IMG/VR virus record: IMGVR_UViG_3300032163_000004
Location: 1 to 64,000 of that record
DNA: 64,000 bases
Source: a virus
Strand: one strand, 5' to 3'
The notes under the pieces are model-generated. The model worked only from the letters and a program-made list of their open reading frames with translations. It was not told where the DNA came from and did no database searches. Shown in pieces: positions 11,018-21,678 of the stretch (position 1 is its first letter; every line of letters starts with the position of its first letter). Position numbers and translations under genes: made by a program.

Positions 11018-11782
11018 TTAAAGTTCCACCATCCTTAAACTAGGGTATAGTAATGTTTTAGTACTTATTAAAACAATCTCTTTATTATTTGGTACAAAAT
11101 ATCGGTTATTAAAATCAATTATGAAATCTTTAATATGGTAAGTATTATGAGGTTGATCTGCAGTTTTCCCAACTTCGTGTTGTTTATTAAATTGATGGTG
11201 AACAGGACCAAACTCTGGATGATCAGTCCAAAAATATCTTGAATCTCTCATATCAATTCCTACTAAAATAACTTTTTTATAATCTAACTTGTACAACATA
11301 TCAATTAGTACAGTTAATGAAGCATCATAAGACTTAGTTAAAATAGGAGAACTTACATTATAATTAGCATCCATAATTCCCCCTAACTTCTTCTCTTTCT
11401 TACCCCTTTCTTCATAACCGTAAGTGAATATTCTAGATTCATCATGATGACCAATTCCCTCTCTAACAAATTTAAACCTATTTGAACTCATTATAAAATT
11501 AGTATCTTTATAGTACTTCCATTTCTTATCAAAATGTTCTCTAACGATTTCTCTATCATACGATTTAAGTTCTATATGATAAAACTTTGGGATAACACGA
11601 AAATCACACCCTGGAGGTTTTAGTGGCATATAAACATAATTATTCATTGCCCAAAAATCATAGTTAATTATTTTCTTCCATTGTTCTGCAGTCAAATCAT
11701 TGATAGAACTTCCGGACCCCATTAACACAACTGTATCATTACTCTTCAATTTAGATAAGTCTTTAAAATCTCCAGTTCTCAT
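11018..11782 (-). CDS. Maf/DUF115-like putative nonulosonyl transferase
   Basis: VVLMGSGSSIN, WAMNN, KKVILVGIDM; lies in the NeuA/NeuB cluster. Confidence 0.55.
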   Translation of the reverse strand: MRTGDFKDLSKLKSNDTVVLMGSGSSINDLTAEQWKKIINYDFWAMNNYVYMPLKPPGCDFRVIPKFYHIELKSYDREIVREHFDKKWKYYKDTNFIMSSNRFKFVREGIGHHDESRIFTYGYEERGKKEKKLGGIMDANYNVSSPILTKSYDASLTVLIDMLYKLDYKKVILVGIDMRDSRYFWTDHPEFGPVHHQFNKQHEVGKTADQPHNTYHIKDFIIDFNNRYFVPNNKEIVLISTKTLLYPSLRMVEL

Positions 11783-11944
11783 ATTTTCTCCATCTGTTCT
11801 TTTGAAGTAACTTTCTTTATTGACTCTTTAAACTTCTTAACTAACTCTTTTTGTTCTTCTAAAGTTAAAGACTTAATCTCAATGATAAACACCTTTTTAT
11901 CATCTGTTTCTTTTGGTCTTGAACACGCAAGTATACAGCACATA

Positions 11945-12751
11945 TTAGTAACCAGTTGGGACTCCGTAGAAGTGGCACTTATTTCCACAATAAGGAATTA
12001 AATGTCTTTTTCCTTCAACGTGTAATTTTTTCATTTCTAGTCTTTTTTCACAGCTCCAAAGTTCTTGTAAAGTATAGTATTTAGAATTTCCAAGAACTAA
12101 TTCACCATCTTTATCAAATCTTACACACGTAGAAACTTGCCCAAACCTATTTATTGCTAAATGATGTAAAAAATCTTCACATATTCCATGTTCAGGAATC
12201 GTTGGACTTTTTTTATAGTTAATACTCCCATTTGGATCATGTAGAACTCTTCTAACTTTCAACAATGAAAACTCACCATATCTACTTTCGTCAACTTTTC
12301 CAACAAATCTCAAAGTAGTAAATGGTTTTTTATCTTTTTTCAACTCTAAAAATTTTTCTATTAGTATATATTGTTCTTCCCATTCCGGATCACCCTGAAT
12401 AATTGAGATTGAGATTGTATCTAAATTATCTATAATCTCATCTGATTTTTCAATAATTAATTTTCCATTTGTTACAAAATTAGTTATTCGTCCTTCTCCT
12501 TTAAAAAGTTGGATTGCTTCTTTTAATTTTGGATACAGACTACATTCTCCATTGTTATGGAATTGGACAATTATATTTGGAGGAACTTCTTTAGATATCT
12601 TTTCTAACAAGGAAAATTCTATATCTCCATAATATAATTTAATGTTTGGATTTTCTCTCTCACGTTTTCTCCGTCCACAAAAAGAGCAATTTTTATTACA
12701 CCTATCACTAAGCTCAATATTTAAATTAAACAGTCCATATAAACTATTCAA
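11945..12751 (-). CDS. Radical SAM/SPASM-domain protein
   Basis: CNKNCSFC motif; C-terminal C...GQVSTC...LGN...LQELW...C. Confidence 0.85.
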   Translation of the reverse strand: MNSLYGLFNLNIELSDRCNKNCSFCGRRKRERENPNIKLYYGDIEFSLLEKISKEVPPNIIVQFHNNGECSLYPKLKEAIQLFKGEGRITNFVTNGKLIIEKSDEIIDNLDTISISIIQGDPEWEEQYILIEKFLELKKDKKPFTTLRFVGKVDESRYGEFSLLKVRRVLHDPNGSINYKKSPTIPEHGICEDFLHHLAINRFGQVSTCVRFDKDGELVLGNSKYYTLQELWSCEKRLEMKKLHVEGKRHLIPYCGNKCHFYGVPTGY

Positions 12752-13323
12752 ATCAATTCCTTTCTAGCCTTAAGAGAAGAACTAATTTTCTTTTTTGTTT
12801 CTTCTGTAAAAGATTTAGCTTTATAATTTGGATTATACTCTCCTCTCATACTTTCTCTAGGACCTCTCATTTTTTCTCTAACATCTTCTCTTTTAGATGG
12901 ATTATTATTACCTAAAATTCTGTATCTTCTAATTTCTCTTTCCTCTTCACGTTTAGCTACATTATTTATTGATAACTTTCTTCTATGTTCCTCAGTAAAA
13001 ATTTTTCGTTTACCTGCTTCACTCATTTTCTTTCTAGACTCTTCATTAGGAAAAAATCCTAAAGTTCCATCTCCACCATCTGTTAAATTATAACCATTTG
13101 GAACTTTACAATTATAAAATCTAATCCAGTACCTTTCTTTTTCATTAAGATCTTCTTCATTTTCTGTTAAATCTATAACTTCTTTTGTAAAGTTCTCCTT
13201 ACTGTACTTTTTAATTGCCTTTTGTAGTAATATACCAGAACCAAAATAGTCAGGATTACTTTTAGAATCTTTACCAACGTAAACTTTCCTATTAATTTTA
13301 TTTGTAGTTTTATAAATTATCAT
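12748..13323 (-). CDS. GIY-YIG homing endonuclease with NUMOD3 repeats
   Basis: IIYKTTNKINRKVYVG, YFGSG, EKERYWI, GYNLTDGG, EESRKKMSE. Confidence 0.88.
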   Translation of the reverse strand: MIIYKTTNKINRKVYVGKDSKSNPDYFGSGILLQKAIKKYSKENFTKEVIDLTENEEDLNEKERYWIRFYNCKVPNGYNLTDGGDGTLGFFPNEESRKKMSEAGKRKIFTEEHRRKLSINNVAKREEEREIRRYRILGNNNPSKREDVREKMRGPRESMRGEYNPNYKAKSFTEETKKKISSSLKARKELI

Positions 13324-13416
13324 TATTCTGCTACTTCCTTGGATCAACGTAAATATAGACGTAGAAATCTCTTCTCACGCCTATATCTACATTGTTTATA
13401 CTATCCATATTTTATC

Positions 13417-13719
13417 TTATACTGCAGCTGCTGCTTTTTGTTCTTTCTTAGCTTTAGCAGTAGCAGCAATTTTCGCTTTTATAGCTTCTCTCTTCACTGG
13501 ATCCGACCAAGTCTTACGAAGACTTTCAGAAATCTTTTTCTTAACATCCGCTCTCTTAGTTGGGTTATTGTCTCCAGAAATTTTAGCTCTAACTTCTGGT
13601 TTTGCCCATGCTTTTTTCAACGCTTCAGAAATCTTTTTTCTCACTTCTTCTCTTGTTGCTGGAATTTTCTCTCCCATGATCTTCTCCCTTCCTTCTTTAG
13701 TTTCTTGTACTTCAGTCAT
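13417..13719 (-). CDS. Stand-alone basic NUMOD3-repeat DNA-binding protein
   Basis: EVRKKISEAL, EVRAKISGDNNP, DVKKKISESL; no nuclease domain. Confidence 0.6.
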   Translation of the reverse strand: MTEVQETKEGREKIMGEKIPATREEVRKKISEALKKAWAKPEVRAKISGDNNPTKRADVKKKISESLRKTWSDPVKREAIKAKIAATAKAKKEQKAAAAV

Positions 13720-13761
13720 TTTAAAATTCTCCTTTCTTTTTTATTTTTGATTTGTTCGGAG

Positions 13762-14391
13762 TTAAACAGAAGACATCTGTACCTGTTTTTCTCCTAGAAA
13801 CATGACTGTCCAGTTTTCTCTCCAACCACCTAACTCATCTATAGGAGGTACATCTAAAATTCCAATTTTTCCTCCCCTATGATCTTGTCTTCTCTTTCCA
13901 ATATCATATCCAGATAATATAGTAATAATCTTACCAGTTCTTTCAAACAAATATCTTAATCCATCTGAACTGTACCGAAACATATCTACAGGAACCGGAT
14001 GATAACGCCATGAAAAAACTGTAATATGCAATGCTAATCCACCAGGTTTTAAAATTCGACTTATCTCTTCTGCAGCTTTCCACGGCTCATTTAAATGCTC
14101 AAAAACATTATTTGAATAAACTATATCATATGAATTATCTAGAATTTCTGGACAACTACAAATATCTGCGTAGACTATTCTCTCAGATTTTATGTTCTTA
14201 TCACATTCAAGAATTACATATTCAAAACCCATAGATTCCCAACGAACTTTAGATTTTCCAGATCCTCCACCAACATCAAGAAAAACTAGCCTTTCTTTTT
14301 TGTGATTTTCTGCGTATTCTCTAATCTTCGAATACAATAAATTCTTATCAACAAATTTGTAGTGAGGAGAATATCTAAGTCCAGTCATCAA
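13762..14391 (-). CDS. SAM methyltransferase type 11
   Basis: FLDVGGGSG, YDIVYSNNVFEHL, RILKPGG, YHPVPVDMFRY. Confidence 0.85.
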   Translation of the reverse strand: MMTGLRYSPHYKFVDKNLLYSKIREYAENHKKERLVFLDVGGGSGKSKVRWESMGFEYVILECDKNIKSERIVYADICSCPEILDNSYDIVYSNNVFEHLNEPWKAAEEISRILKPGGLALHITVFSWRYHPVPVDMFRYSSDGLRYLFERTGKIITILSGYDIGKRRQDHRGGKIGILDVPPIDELGGWRENWTVMFLGEKQVQMSSV

Positions 14392-15059
14392 TCTCTCATT
14401 AACTTTTCTATATTTTTTAAATCTTCTTCTGTGTCTATTTCAAACATCATCCAAAATGGAATATCTACGGTTCCAATTCTACCACTTAATCTACATTTAC
14501 TAGATAAAATACTTTCTCTGGTTGCTACATAAAAAGAACCATTTTCAATTTTATAGTTATCTTTTCTTACTGATCTACTTCTGTTATTAAGATCATAGTT
14601 GACTGGAGACATTCCATACTTGTTACATTCCCAAAATAAAATATCAGCTTCATGCATAGGGACTGAAGAAAACACACTATCCCATTCTTTTGATTTAACC
14701 ATATTAATTCCGATATTTATATATTCTGATCTAATCATAGGAGAAGTTGGTTGTATCAAAACAATAATATCACATCCTGGAGCCTTCTCGCAAAAATGTA
14801 AAAGAACATCATCTGTAGTTGCATTATCAGTTGCTAATTCAGGTGGTCTTGTTAAAACTTTACTACCATAGTTAACAGAAACTTTTGCAATTTCCATATC
14901 TTCCGTGCTAACAAAAGTCTCATCTACATTTGATTCAAGTGAAGCTTTTATAGCATAGTAGATTAAAGGTTTTCCATTTAACATGACCAAATTTTTTCTT
15001 GGTATACGTTTCGAACCACCTCTAGCCGGTATTAACGCAACTATTTTCATTCTTTCCAA
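14388..15059 (-). CDS. neuA: Acylneuraminate cytidylyltransferase (CMP-nonulosonate synthetase)
   Basis: ALIPARGGSKRIPRKN, VSTED, IQPTSP, ENGSFY, EIDTEED. Confidence 0.92.
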   Translation of the reverse strand: MERMKIVALIPARGGSKRIPRKNLVMLNGKPLIYYAIKASLESNVDETFVSTEDMEIAKVSVNYGSKVLTRPPELATDNATTDDVLLHFCEKAPGCDIIVLIQPTSPMIRSEYINIGINMVKSKEWDSVFSSVPMHEADILFWECNKYGMSPVNYDLNNRSRSVRKDNYKIENGSFYVATRESILSSKCRLSGRIGTVDIPFWMMFEIDTEEDLKNIEKLMRD

Positions 15060-16011
15060 TTACCCCTTTCATAATTTCAATGTACTGATTAGCCATATAT
15101 CTAGCAGTTAGTTGTTCTGGCAGTAGTACTATTCTCTTGTCTTTACTAATTTCCACCATAAATTTCAGAATGTTTTCCTTAAGTTCTGGAGTTAAAATAT
15201 TGAATTCTTCTCTATAAGGATAAGATGGTTGAAAATCATTATCAAAGTCTCCATCACATACTACACAACCATCTACCATCGAACACATTTCTGTAGCTCC
15301 TCCACATTTATCGCTAGTTATAACTGGTATACCCGCCCCAATACATTCAACTACAGAATTTGGACATGAATCTCTTTTACTTAAATGAAGACTAAAATCA
15401 GATATATTCAAAACTTGTCCAACGATTGTTCTATCAACCATTCCATAATAAATTATTCTTGAATGTTTTACTTCTTTATTATCATGAAGTTTTCCAAGTA
15501 TGTGCAAAGTTGAATTCGGAACTATCTTTAAGAATTCTAAAAACAAACTAATAATCTCTTTAAGTCTCTTATGTCTTCTCCATTTTCCAGAAACTACAAT
15601 ATTTATTCCATCATGATGTTTTCTTTCTCCACACCAATTTAGATCGATTCCATTATAGATAACTCTGCATAACGAACCTTTCTTTCTTGGAGTTAAAAAC
15701 TTTTCACATAATGTTTTAGAATAGTTACTTTGATAAATAACTCCATCTGCAATAGAATTAGAAAAACTGATCTCTAAATTTCGACTTGTAAAGTCTTCAT
15801 CAAGATCGTAATATATGCCGTCTATTCGAAGAACTATTGGTAAATTTTTTCTTTCTCTTATTCTAACAAACGAAAGCTGAACATTACACCTTCCCTTATT
15901 TGTCACACTCCTTTTAATCGCATCTGAAATAGAATGATTATTAGAATTCCAATGTGGTGTCATTCTACTAATAACTATATGGTGCTTCTTCCTTTCAAGA
16001 TATATTTTCAT
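15022..16011 (-). CDS. GT4 (GT-B) glycosyltransferase
   Basis: VIYQSNYS, VIYNGID, DSCPNSVVECIGAGIPVI. Confidence 0.85.
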   Translation of the reverse strand: MKIYLERKKHHIVISRMTPHWNSNNHSISDAIKRSVTNKGRCNVQLSFVRIRERKNLPIVLRIDGIYYDLDEDFTSRNLEISFSNSIADGVIYQSNYSKTLCEKFLTPRKKGSLCRVIYNGIDLNWCGERKHHDGINIVVSGKWRRHKRLKEIISLFLEFLKIVPNSTLHILGKLHDNKEVKHSRIIYYGMVDRTIVGQVLNISDFSLHLSKRDSCPNSVVECIGAGIPVITSDKCGGATEMCSMVDGCVVCDGDFDNDFQPSYPYREEFNILTPELKENILKFMVEISKDKRIVLLPEQLTARYMANQYIEIMKGVIGKNENSCVNTG

Positions 16012-16813
16012 TTTTCTTTAACATCCTTCTATCTCTAGCATTTCTATACATTCTTAATTTATCTTCATGAACCGCTTCTTTATATTCTCTAGACTTATTA
16101 TACCACAACCTTGTAATACTATTTTCATGAAGTCTATACAAATATAGAGGTATAGGTATATGGTGTAATTTTCCAACTTCTTCTAATTTTAAAACTAAGT
16201 CTTTATCTACTGACTTTAGTAAAGTAGAATCTACTCCTTCAGTCTGATCATAAAAACTTCTTTTAAAACATTTAACATGACTTACCCTAACATTATTACC
16301 AAGATATTGATCACCATCAAATTCTCCTAAATAAGTTTGACCTTCTTTAAAAGTAGTACATCTCATTCTCTTATATAGTTTTAAATTTTCGTAACATGCC
16401 CAATAATCACTATAAACCAAAGAAGCTTCTGGATGATTATAATGCGCTTCAACTAACATTTTAAGAGCATTTCTATGACCAAAAGTATCATCACTATCAA
16501 CAATTACTACTAATTCTCCCTTTCCAAACTCTATAGCATGTTTTAATGATTGTCCATACCCACAATTAAAGGAGTGTGAAAAAATTTTTATTTTATTGAT
16601 CATACTAAATCTTCTAACTGTACTCTCTAAGAGTTTTAATGTAATATCAGTGGAACAATCATCCACTAAAATAATTTCATAATTTGTATAAGATTGAAGC
16701 CAAATACTTCGAATACAATCTACGATAAACCTACGCGAATTATATGTTGTTACAGCTATATTAACTAAGGGTCTATATATAGTTTTAAATGAGTTTTCTT
16801 CGAATTTTTGCAT
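15995..16813 (-). CDS. GT2 glycosyltransferase
   Basis: VTTYN, EIILVDDCSTD, IVDSDD. Confidence 0.88.
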   Translation of the reverse strand: MQKFEENSFKTIYRPLVNIAVTTYNSRRFIVDCIRSIWLQSYTNYEIILVDDCSTDITLKLLESTVRRFSMINKIKIFSHSFNCGYGQSLKHAIEFGKGELVVIVDSDDTFGHRNALKMLVEAHYNHPEASLVYSDYWACYENLKLYKRMRCTTFKEGQTYLGEFDGDQYLGNNVRVSHVKCFKRSFYDQTEGVDSTLLKSVDKDLVLKLEEVGKLHHIPIPLYLYRLHENSITRLWYNKSREYKEAVHEDKLRMYRNARDRRMLKKNENIS

Positions 16814-17519
16814 TTTTTATAATCTTATCCCTACTCTTCCCAATTTTTTTCTGCTCATCTTTTGGTTTTCTAAAAAAATTATTTGATAAATTATTTCTAT
16901 GTTCTCTATACATATATGATATAGCATCAACGTAAAAAAATGGGCCTACTTCTTCTAGTTTAAATATTAAATCTTTATCTACTGATTTTACTAAAGTAGG
17001 ATCTACTCCTTCAGTTTTATTATAGAAACTTTTTTTAAAACATTTAAAGTGACTAACACCCTTCATAAAGTTAAGGAATGTCTTTCCTTTAGGTATCTGA
17101 AAATTCTTTACTATTCTCATATGATGTAAATTAGAATCACATACCATATAGTTCGTATAAACTAAACAAACACCAGGATATTTTTCATGTGGAGCAACAA
17201 CTAAAGATAGAGCATTAGATTTTATAGCATCATCTGAATCTACAACAGCTACTAAATCTCCTTGACTATACTGAATAGCATCACTTAGAGTTCTTCCATA
17301 TCCAAAATTCTGTTTATGCTTAAATATTCTACATTTCTTTTTAATACCTAGTCTAGAAATAGTTTTTTCAACAACTTCAAGAGTTCCATCTGTAGACGCG
17401 TCATCTACAATCACCAATTCCCAATTCGTATATATCTGATCATAAATACTCTTTATTGCTTGTTCTATGAATTTCGAAGTATTAAAACAAGTCATTGCTA
17501 TAGAAACTTTAAGCGACAT
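16785..17519 (-). CDS. GT2 glycosyltransferase (paralog of the adjacent gene)
   Basis: ELVIVDDASTD, VVDSDD; shares SHxKCFKxSFY..TEGVD..L.KSVDKDL with 15995-16813. Confidence 0.88.
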   Translation of the reverse strand: MSLKVSIAMTCFNTSKFIEQAIKSIYDQIYTNWELVIVDDASTDGTLEVVEKTISRLGIKKKCRIFKHKQNFGYGRTLSDAIQYSQGDLVAVVDSDDAIKSNALSLVVAPHEKYPGVCLVYTNYMVCDSNLHHMRIVKNFQIPKGKTFLNFMKGVSHFKCFKKSFYNKTEGVDPTLVKSVDKDLIFKLEEVGPFFYVDAISYMYREHRNNLSNNFFRKPKDEQKKIGKSRDKIIKNAKIRRKLI

Positions 17520-17891
17520 ATTTTGTCCTTCTACTTCTTCAATATATGTAATCCTGGAATTGAAATATTAGAAGTGGCTTGTACGTAAGTTCCAAAAAGG
17601 TCTCCTAAAGCTGAAACTTTTCTAATAAACGAAACACTGTCCCAATATATAAGAAGCTCTCTAGAAAAGTTTCCATTCTCTGAAAGGTCAGCCATACTAT
17701 GCATCAAACCTTTTTCAGTTTTCTGAGTTACGATTAAGACAGCATCACGTAGGATAAGAAAATGCTTTGAATTGTCATCTTTATATGTAGAAACAAACTT
17801 ACCTATGACTTCGATACCATTAAAGTTTACTGCGATTACATCATTCTCAGTCAAAAAATTATCCATAAAGTTCTCCTTTCAAAATTCAGCT

Positions 17892-18647
17892 TTATTTTAA
17901 TAACAGTTTTACATCTTCTAATAATTGTTCTTTACTTGGAACATAGTCTCTATATCTTAAAACTTTCCAACCTTGAGATTTTATTCTTTCATCTCTTTTT
18001 CTATCTTTTTCTTGATCTTGATGCCAATATGAACCATCATGTTCTATATCTAATTTAATGCTAGGAACAGCAATATCAAGAGAATAGTTTAGAAACTGAT
18101 AATTTAGAATAGCACCAAAGAATAGTTCTTTAGTATTTTCAAATGTTTTAATTTGTGGATAAGAAGGATTTTGTATAAACGAATTAGCATAAGCAGCTCC
18201 ACCTTCCAACATATACTGTCTACGTTTCTCTTTCTCTTCATTTGAATGAATCTTCTTTCCTTCATGACTTTTACTTAAGTTCTTTTTATGACCTTCTGAA
18301 AACTTCATACCAGTACGTTTTTCACGTATTTTCTTTCTAGACTCTTCTAATTTCATATGGCTATCCACACCATATTTTCGTCTAGACGTTTTCTTAGATT
18401 TTTCTTTAACTACAATATCTGAATTACTACACTTGTAAGAACAGTGTTTAGAATAACCTGAAGTTAAGTATTGAAAACTAGTTTCGTTACTACAATTAGG
18501 GTTACTACACACGCCTTCTCCATCTTTCTTAAAGAACTTATCATAGTATTCTTTACTTCTCATACTATGTTTTTGAAAAACGTGGGATACTAAACCCAAA
18601 TAATTCTTACATTCTTTTATGCATATTTTACAAATCAAAGATATCAT
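17892..18647 (-). CDS. Free-standing DUF559/Vsr-like homing endonuclease with Zn finger and NUMOD3
   Basis: CKIC...H...H; FSEGHKKNLS; LDIAVPSIKLDIEHDGSYWHQ. Confidence 0.75.
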   Translation of the reverse strand: MISLICKICIKECKNYLGLVSHVFQKHSMRSKEYYDKFFKKDGEGVCSNPNCSNETSFQYLTSGYSKHCSYKCSNSDIVVKEKSKKTSRRKYGVDSHMKLEESRKKIREKRTGMKFSEGHKKNLSKSHEGKKIHSNEEKEKRRQYMLEGGAAYANSFIQNPSYPQIKTFENTKELFFGAILNYQFLNYSLDIAVPSIKLDIEHDGSYWHQDQEKDRKRDERIKSQGWKVLRYRDYVPSKEQLLEDVKLLLK

Positions 18648-18664
18648 TTTAATCTCTTACTAAG

Positions 18665-19000
18665 TTAAATTCCAAATTTCTTTCTGAAACCACTCACATC
18701 TTTTCCAAGTTTCTCTGCTGCAGCAGCTATTCTTCTAGCAATTCCTTTCCTTATAGAAGGACTATATTTAGTATGATTTTTTGGCATAGAAAAGTAACTT
18801 ATAGCAGCTTGAATGTGCTTCAAATCCACTGGGTATTTTTTATTAGCTGGATCTGCAAATGCTACATTTCCATATTTTTTAACAGCTGATTTTTTAGCTG
18901 CAGGTGAAGAATCTTCTTCAACTACTATATCACCTTCTTCATTAATAGTTCTATAAAGTTTCTCTAATGTATCTTGTACTAAACTTATTTTAACTGTCAT
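18665..19000 (-). CDS. DUF6582-like protein, possibly a virion component
   Basis: FADPANKKYPVDLKHIQAAISYF motif; own GAACAAA motif upstream. Confidence 0.5.
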   Translation of the reverse strand: MTVKISLVQDTLEKLYRTINEEGDIVVEEDSSPAAKKSAVKKYGNVAFADPANKKYPVDLKHIQAAISYFSMPKNHTKYSPSIRKGIARRIAAAAEKLGKDVSGFRKKFGI

Positions 19001-19032
19001 ACAACCTCCACGATAACATTTTGTATTTGTTC

Positions 19033-19485
19033 TTATTTTCTAGATTGTTTACACTTATCTCTAACTTTCATCAAGATCTTTCCTAAATTATTTTCTCCAA
19101 CTCCTTTACAAACTCCCCAAAAAGTATCACCCCACCAATTATCTTCTATTAGTTCAACACCACCTGTATCTAGCAGTTTATCTAACAAATCAGGATTTTG
19201 AGAAAACTTAGCAGTCACAACTTTCTCCATCACTAGAAGACTGACATCTCTCCAATCCTTACGAACTACTTTCTTAAACTCAGCTGCAAGTTGTTTAGCA
19301 TCTGATGGTTTCTCACACAACCTAATCCTTTCTGCTATTTTTTCGTCTGTTGTGATAAACTTCATAGCTTGAAATGCATGTTCTGAAGACGGATATTTTA
19401 CCCCTTCAACTATGACTTCACATCGATAGAAATTAGATAAAAAACTATACCACTTTTGAAATCCTCTTATTTTCTCTTCCATCAT
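19033..19485 (-). CDS. NADAR (YbiA) family protein
   Basis: FLSNFY, YPSSEHAFQAMK, KFSQN, LIED..WGDTFWG, GENNLGKILM. Confidence 0.92.
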   Translation of the reverse strand: MMEEKIRGFQKWYSFLSNFYRCEVIVEGVKYPSSEHAFQAMKFITTDEKIAERIRLCEKPSDAKQLAAEFKKVVRKDWRDVSLLVMEKVVTAKFSQNPDLLDKLLDTGGVELIEDNWWGDTFWGVCKGVGENNLGKILMKVRDKCKQSRK

Positions 19486-19754
19486 TACCCCTCTCTTTCT
19501 TTTCTAATTTTATAAACTTTCTTCAGAACTCTAGATGCTAAAATCTCATATCCTTCAGAACGCTCATGCCATATCACAAACTTCTCATCTGGATATTTTT
19601 CCGAAAACGCTATATACTTATCTTGTCCTTTCTTATTAGTCACTCCTTGATTATGAACACAAACCTTACCTATCAGATCTTTATTAATAAACGCTAGAAG
19701 ATATAACATAGTAGTCTCCGTTTTAAGATTTGTTCGTCTATTTTATATAACGAT

Positions 19755-19773
19755 CTATATATTAATTAATGAA
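19755..19773 (+). promoter_or_regulatory. Island promoter motif (putative early phage promoter)
   Basis: ctatatattaattaatga; one of ten copies at island starts. Confidence 0.65.
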
Positions 19774-19815
19774 TAAAAGAGTCTATTCTAACTACAAAAA
19801 GAGAGGTGAAAACAA

Positions 19816-20119
19816 ATGTCAGATTCTCAAGAAAGACATAACGAACAAGAGACCGAGTTACTCAGATTAGAGATTGAATTCTTAACTAACCCGGAGAAAG
19901 AAGCAGAAGAAGAGAAAGAGATTTTCATCCTCAAAGATAACCTCAAAAGCTTCCTTGACCCCAGACTGGTATGAAAAGATGAAAGAAGAACTACAGCCAG
20001 GTGAAGCAAAGTGCATTCTATGCGGTAGAGTAAAATCTATACACGATATACAAAAGAAGTTCGACAGAAGAGATGAGGAGATCTGCAAAGAATGCTATAG
20101 GTTTGAAGATGAAAATTGA
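19816..20119 (+). pseudogene. Single-cassette gene with a +1 shift at CCCC (or two tiny coupled ORFs)
   Basis: 52-codon ORF stops at 19974; the +1 frame continues DWYEKM...CILC...CKEC to TGA 20119. Confidence 0.45.
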
Positions 20120-20125
20120 TCTGTA

Positions 20126-20166
20126 AGAAAACGGTAGGTTTACTTAGTCTACCGTTTCTTTTTTGT
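20126..20166 (+). terminator. Intrinsic terminator
   Basis: aaacggtagg/tctaccgttt stem followed by T-tract. Confidence 0.7.
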
Positions 20167-20199
20167 TGTATTAGTACTTTCAAAGATAAACCATCTATC

Positions 20200-20220
20200 T
20201 TATATATATTAATGTATGAA
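20200..20220 (+). promoter_or_regulatory. Island promoter motif
   Basis: ttatatatattaatgtatga. Confidence 0.6.
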
Positions 20221-21643
20221 AGTAGAAATACTAGTTATAATTTTTTTATACAAAAATACTACAAAGGAGAATAAAATGAGAGTAGTTAAAGCGAAACTTA
20301 TAAAACGTTGTACAGATGATAGTATTGTCGAAATGAACGATAACGTTCCCCTCGGAAGAACATACAGCGTAGATCTTGACACAATCTGTAAATTTGAAAT
20401 GATAAATACAGAAAAGAAAGTACGGAAGAAAAGGCAAGTAATTCATGATATACTTGGAGGATGGTTACCCTTGGAAATGCTTGAAATACGAAAGGAGGAT
20501 ATAGAAAAAATGAAACGTGTTAAAATGGAAAAAGGTCCATTTAAAGGTAAAGTTATAGAATTCGAAACTGAAGGTTCAGAAAAGATGGTAAAATGTATAA
20601 TTTGTAAAACTCAATTCGAAGTAACATTTTTTAGAAAAGATCCAGATCCTAACGATGCAACTCTCTGTCCAAGTTGTGGATCCAGAGGAGGATTTGAATT
20701 TGTGGAGGAGAAGAATGAAAGGATTTAGAAAAATAATCGTCGATGAAAAGTTATGGTGGTGGAAGTTTATCAAAAGTAAAGTAGTAGCTTATTCAGACGA
20801 AACTAAAGAAAAAAGAGTCATTGATTTAAGTACTCTCACAGGACAAAGTTGGAATGATATTGAAAGAGGAGAATGGAAACATTATTTTTCAGTTACTCCC
20901 AAAGAAGTAGAGAAATGGTTAAAGGAGGAAGTTAAATGAAAAAACATATAGCTAAACCTGCTACTGCAGAAGAGATCTTAAAAGCGCTAAAAATCGATCC
21001 AACTGAATCAAGAATTCTTAAGGTTCTAAGTTCAATTGTAGAAGAACGAAAGAAACCAAAAGTCATTTATACAATCACTACAATGAGATTTGGAGCATAT
21101 GAGATACCTAGGGGGAAAAACAAGGGTAAAAAAGTACGGTCTATTTTAGATGATAGAGTAGTAGGATGGTTCAAAGAAAAAGAAGTAGCTATACAATGTG
21201 TTAAAGAAAACGCTGGAGATATTTATGAATGTGGTGCATATCCATACGCTGTTGTAGAAGAAGTTCCAGCAGGACTTTATCCATATTGCAGTAAATCTTG
21301 GTGGTTTCATTGGAGAAGGATAGGTCTTTCTGATGGTTGCTACACACAATCCAGAAAACCAAAGTCGCACAAAAATGTTGTTAATTTTGCCATTGGTTAA
21401 TTACAGTACAAAAAAAGGGGGTGGTCATTTATGATAAGGGCATGTATACGATGTAGACAACCGTGTATTGAAGTTTATCCTAAAGAAGATAAAACAATTA
21501 TTTTTGAAGGTCATTGCCGAGAATGTTATATTATTGTTGAAAAAGAAAGGATCTCTCTGCCAAGAGGGGAGAGCAATACTAATACTACCCAACAAAAATA
21601 TCTTCCAGCCATACCATTTATATTCCCTACTATTTCTCCAGAT

Positions 21644-21678
21644 AAAGAGGCATAATTTTTTCTTGCCTCTTTTTTTGT
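21644..21678 (+). terminator. Intrinsic terminator
   Basis: aagaggca/tgcctctt stem followed by T-tract. Confidence 0.7.
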
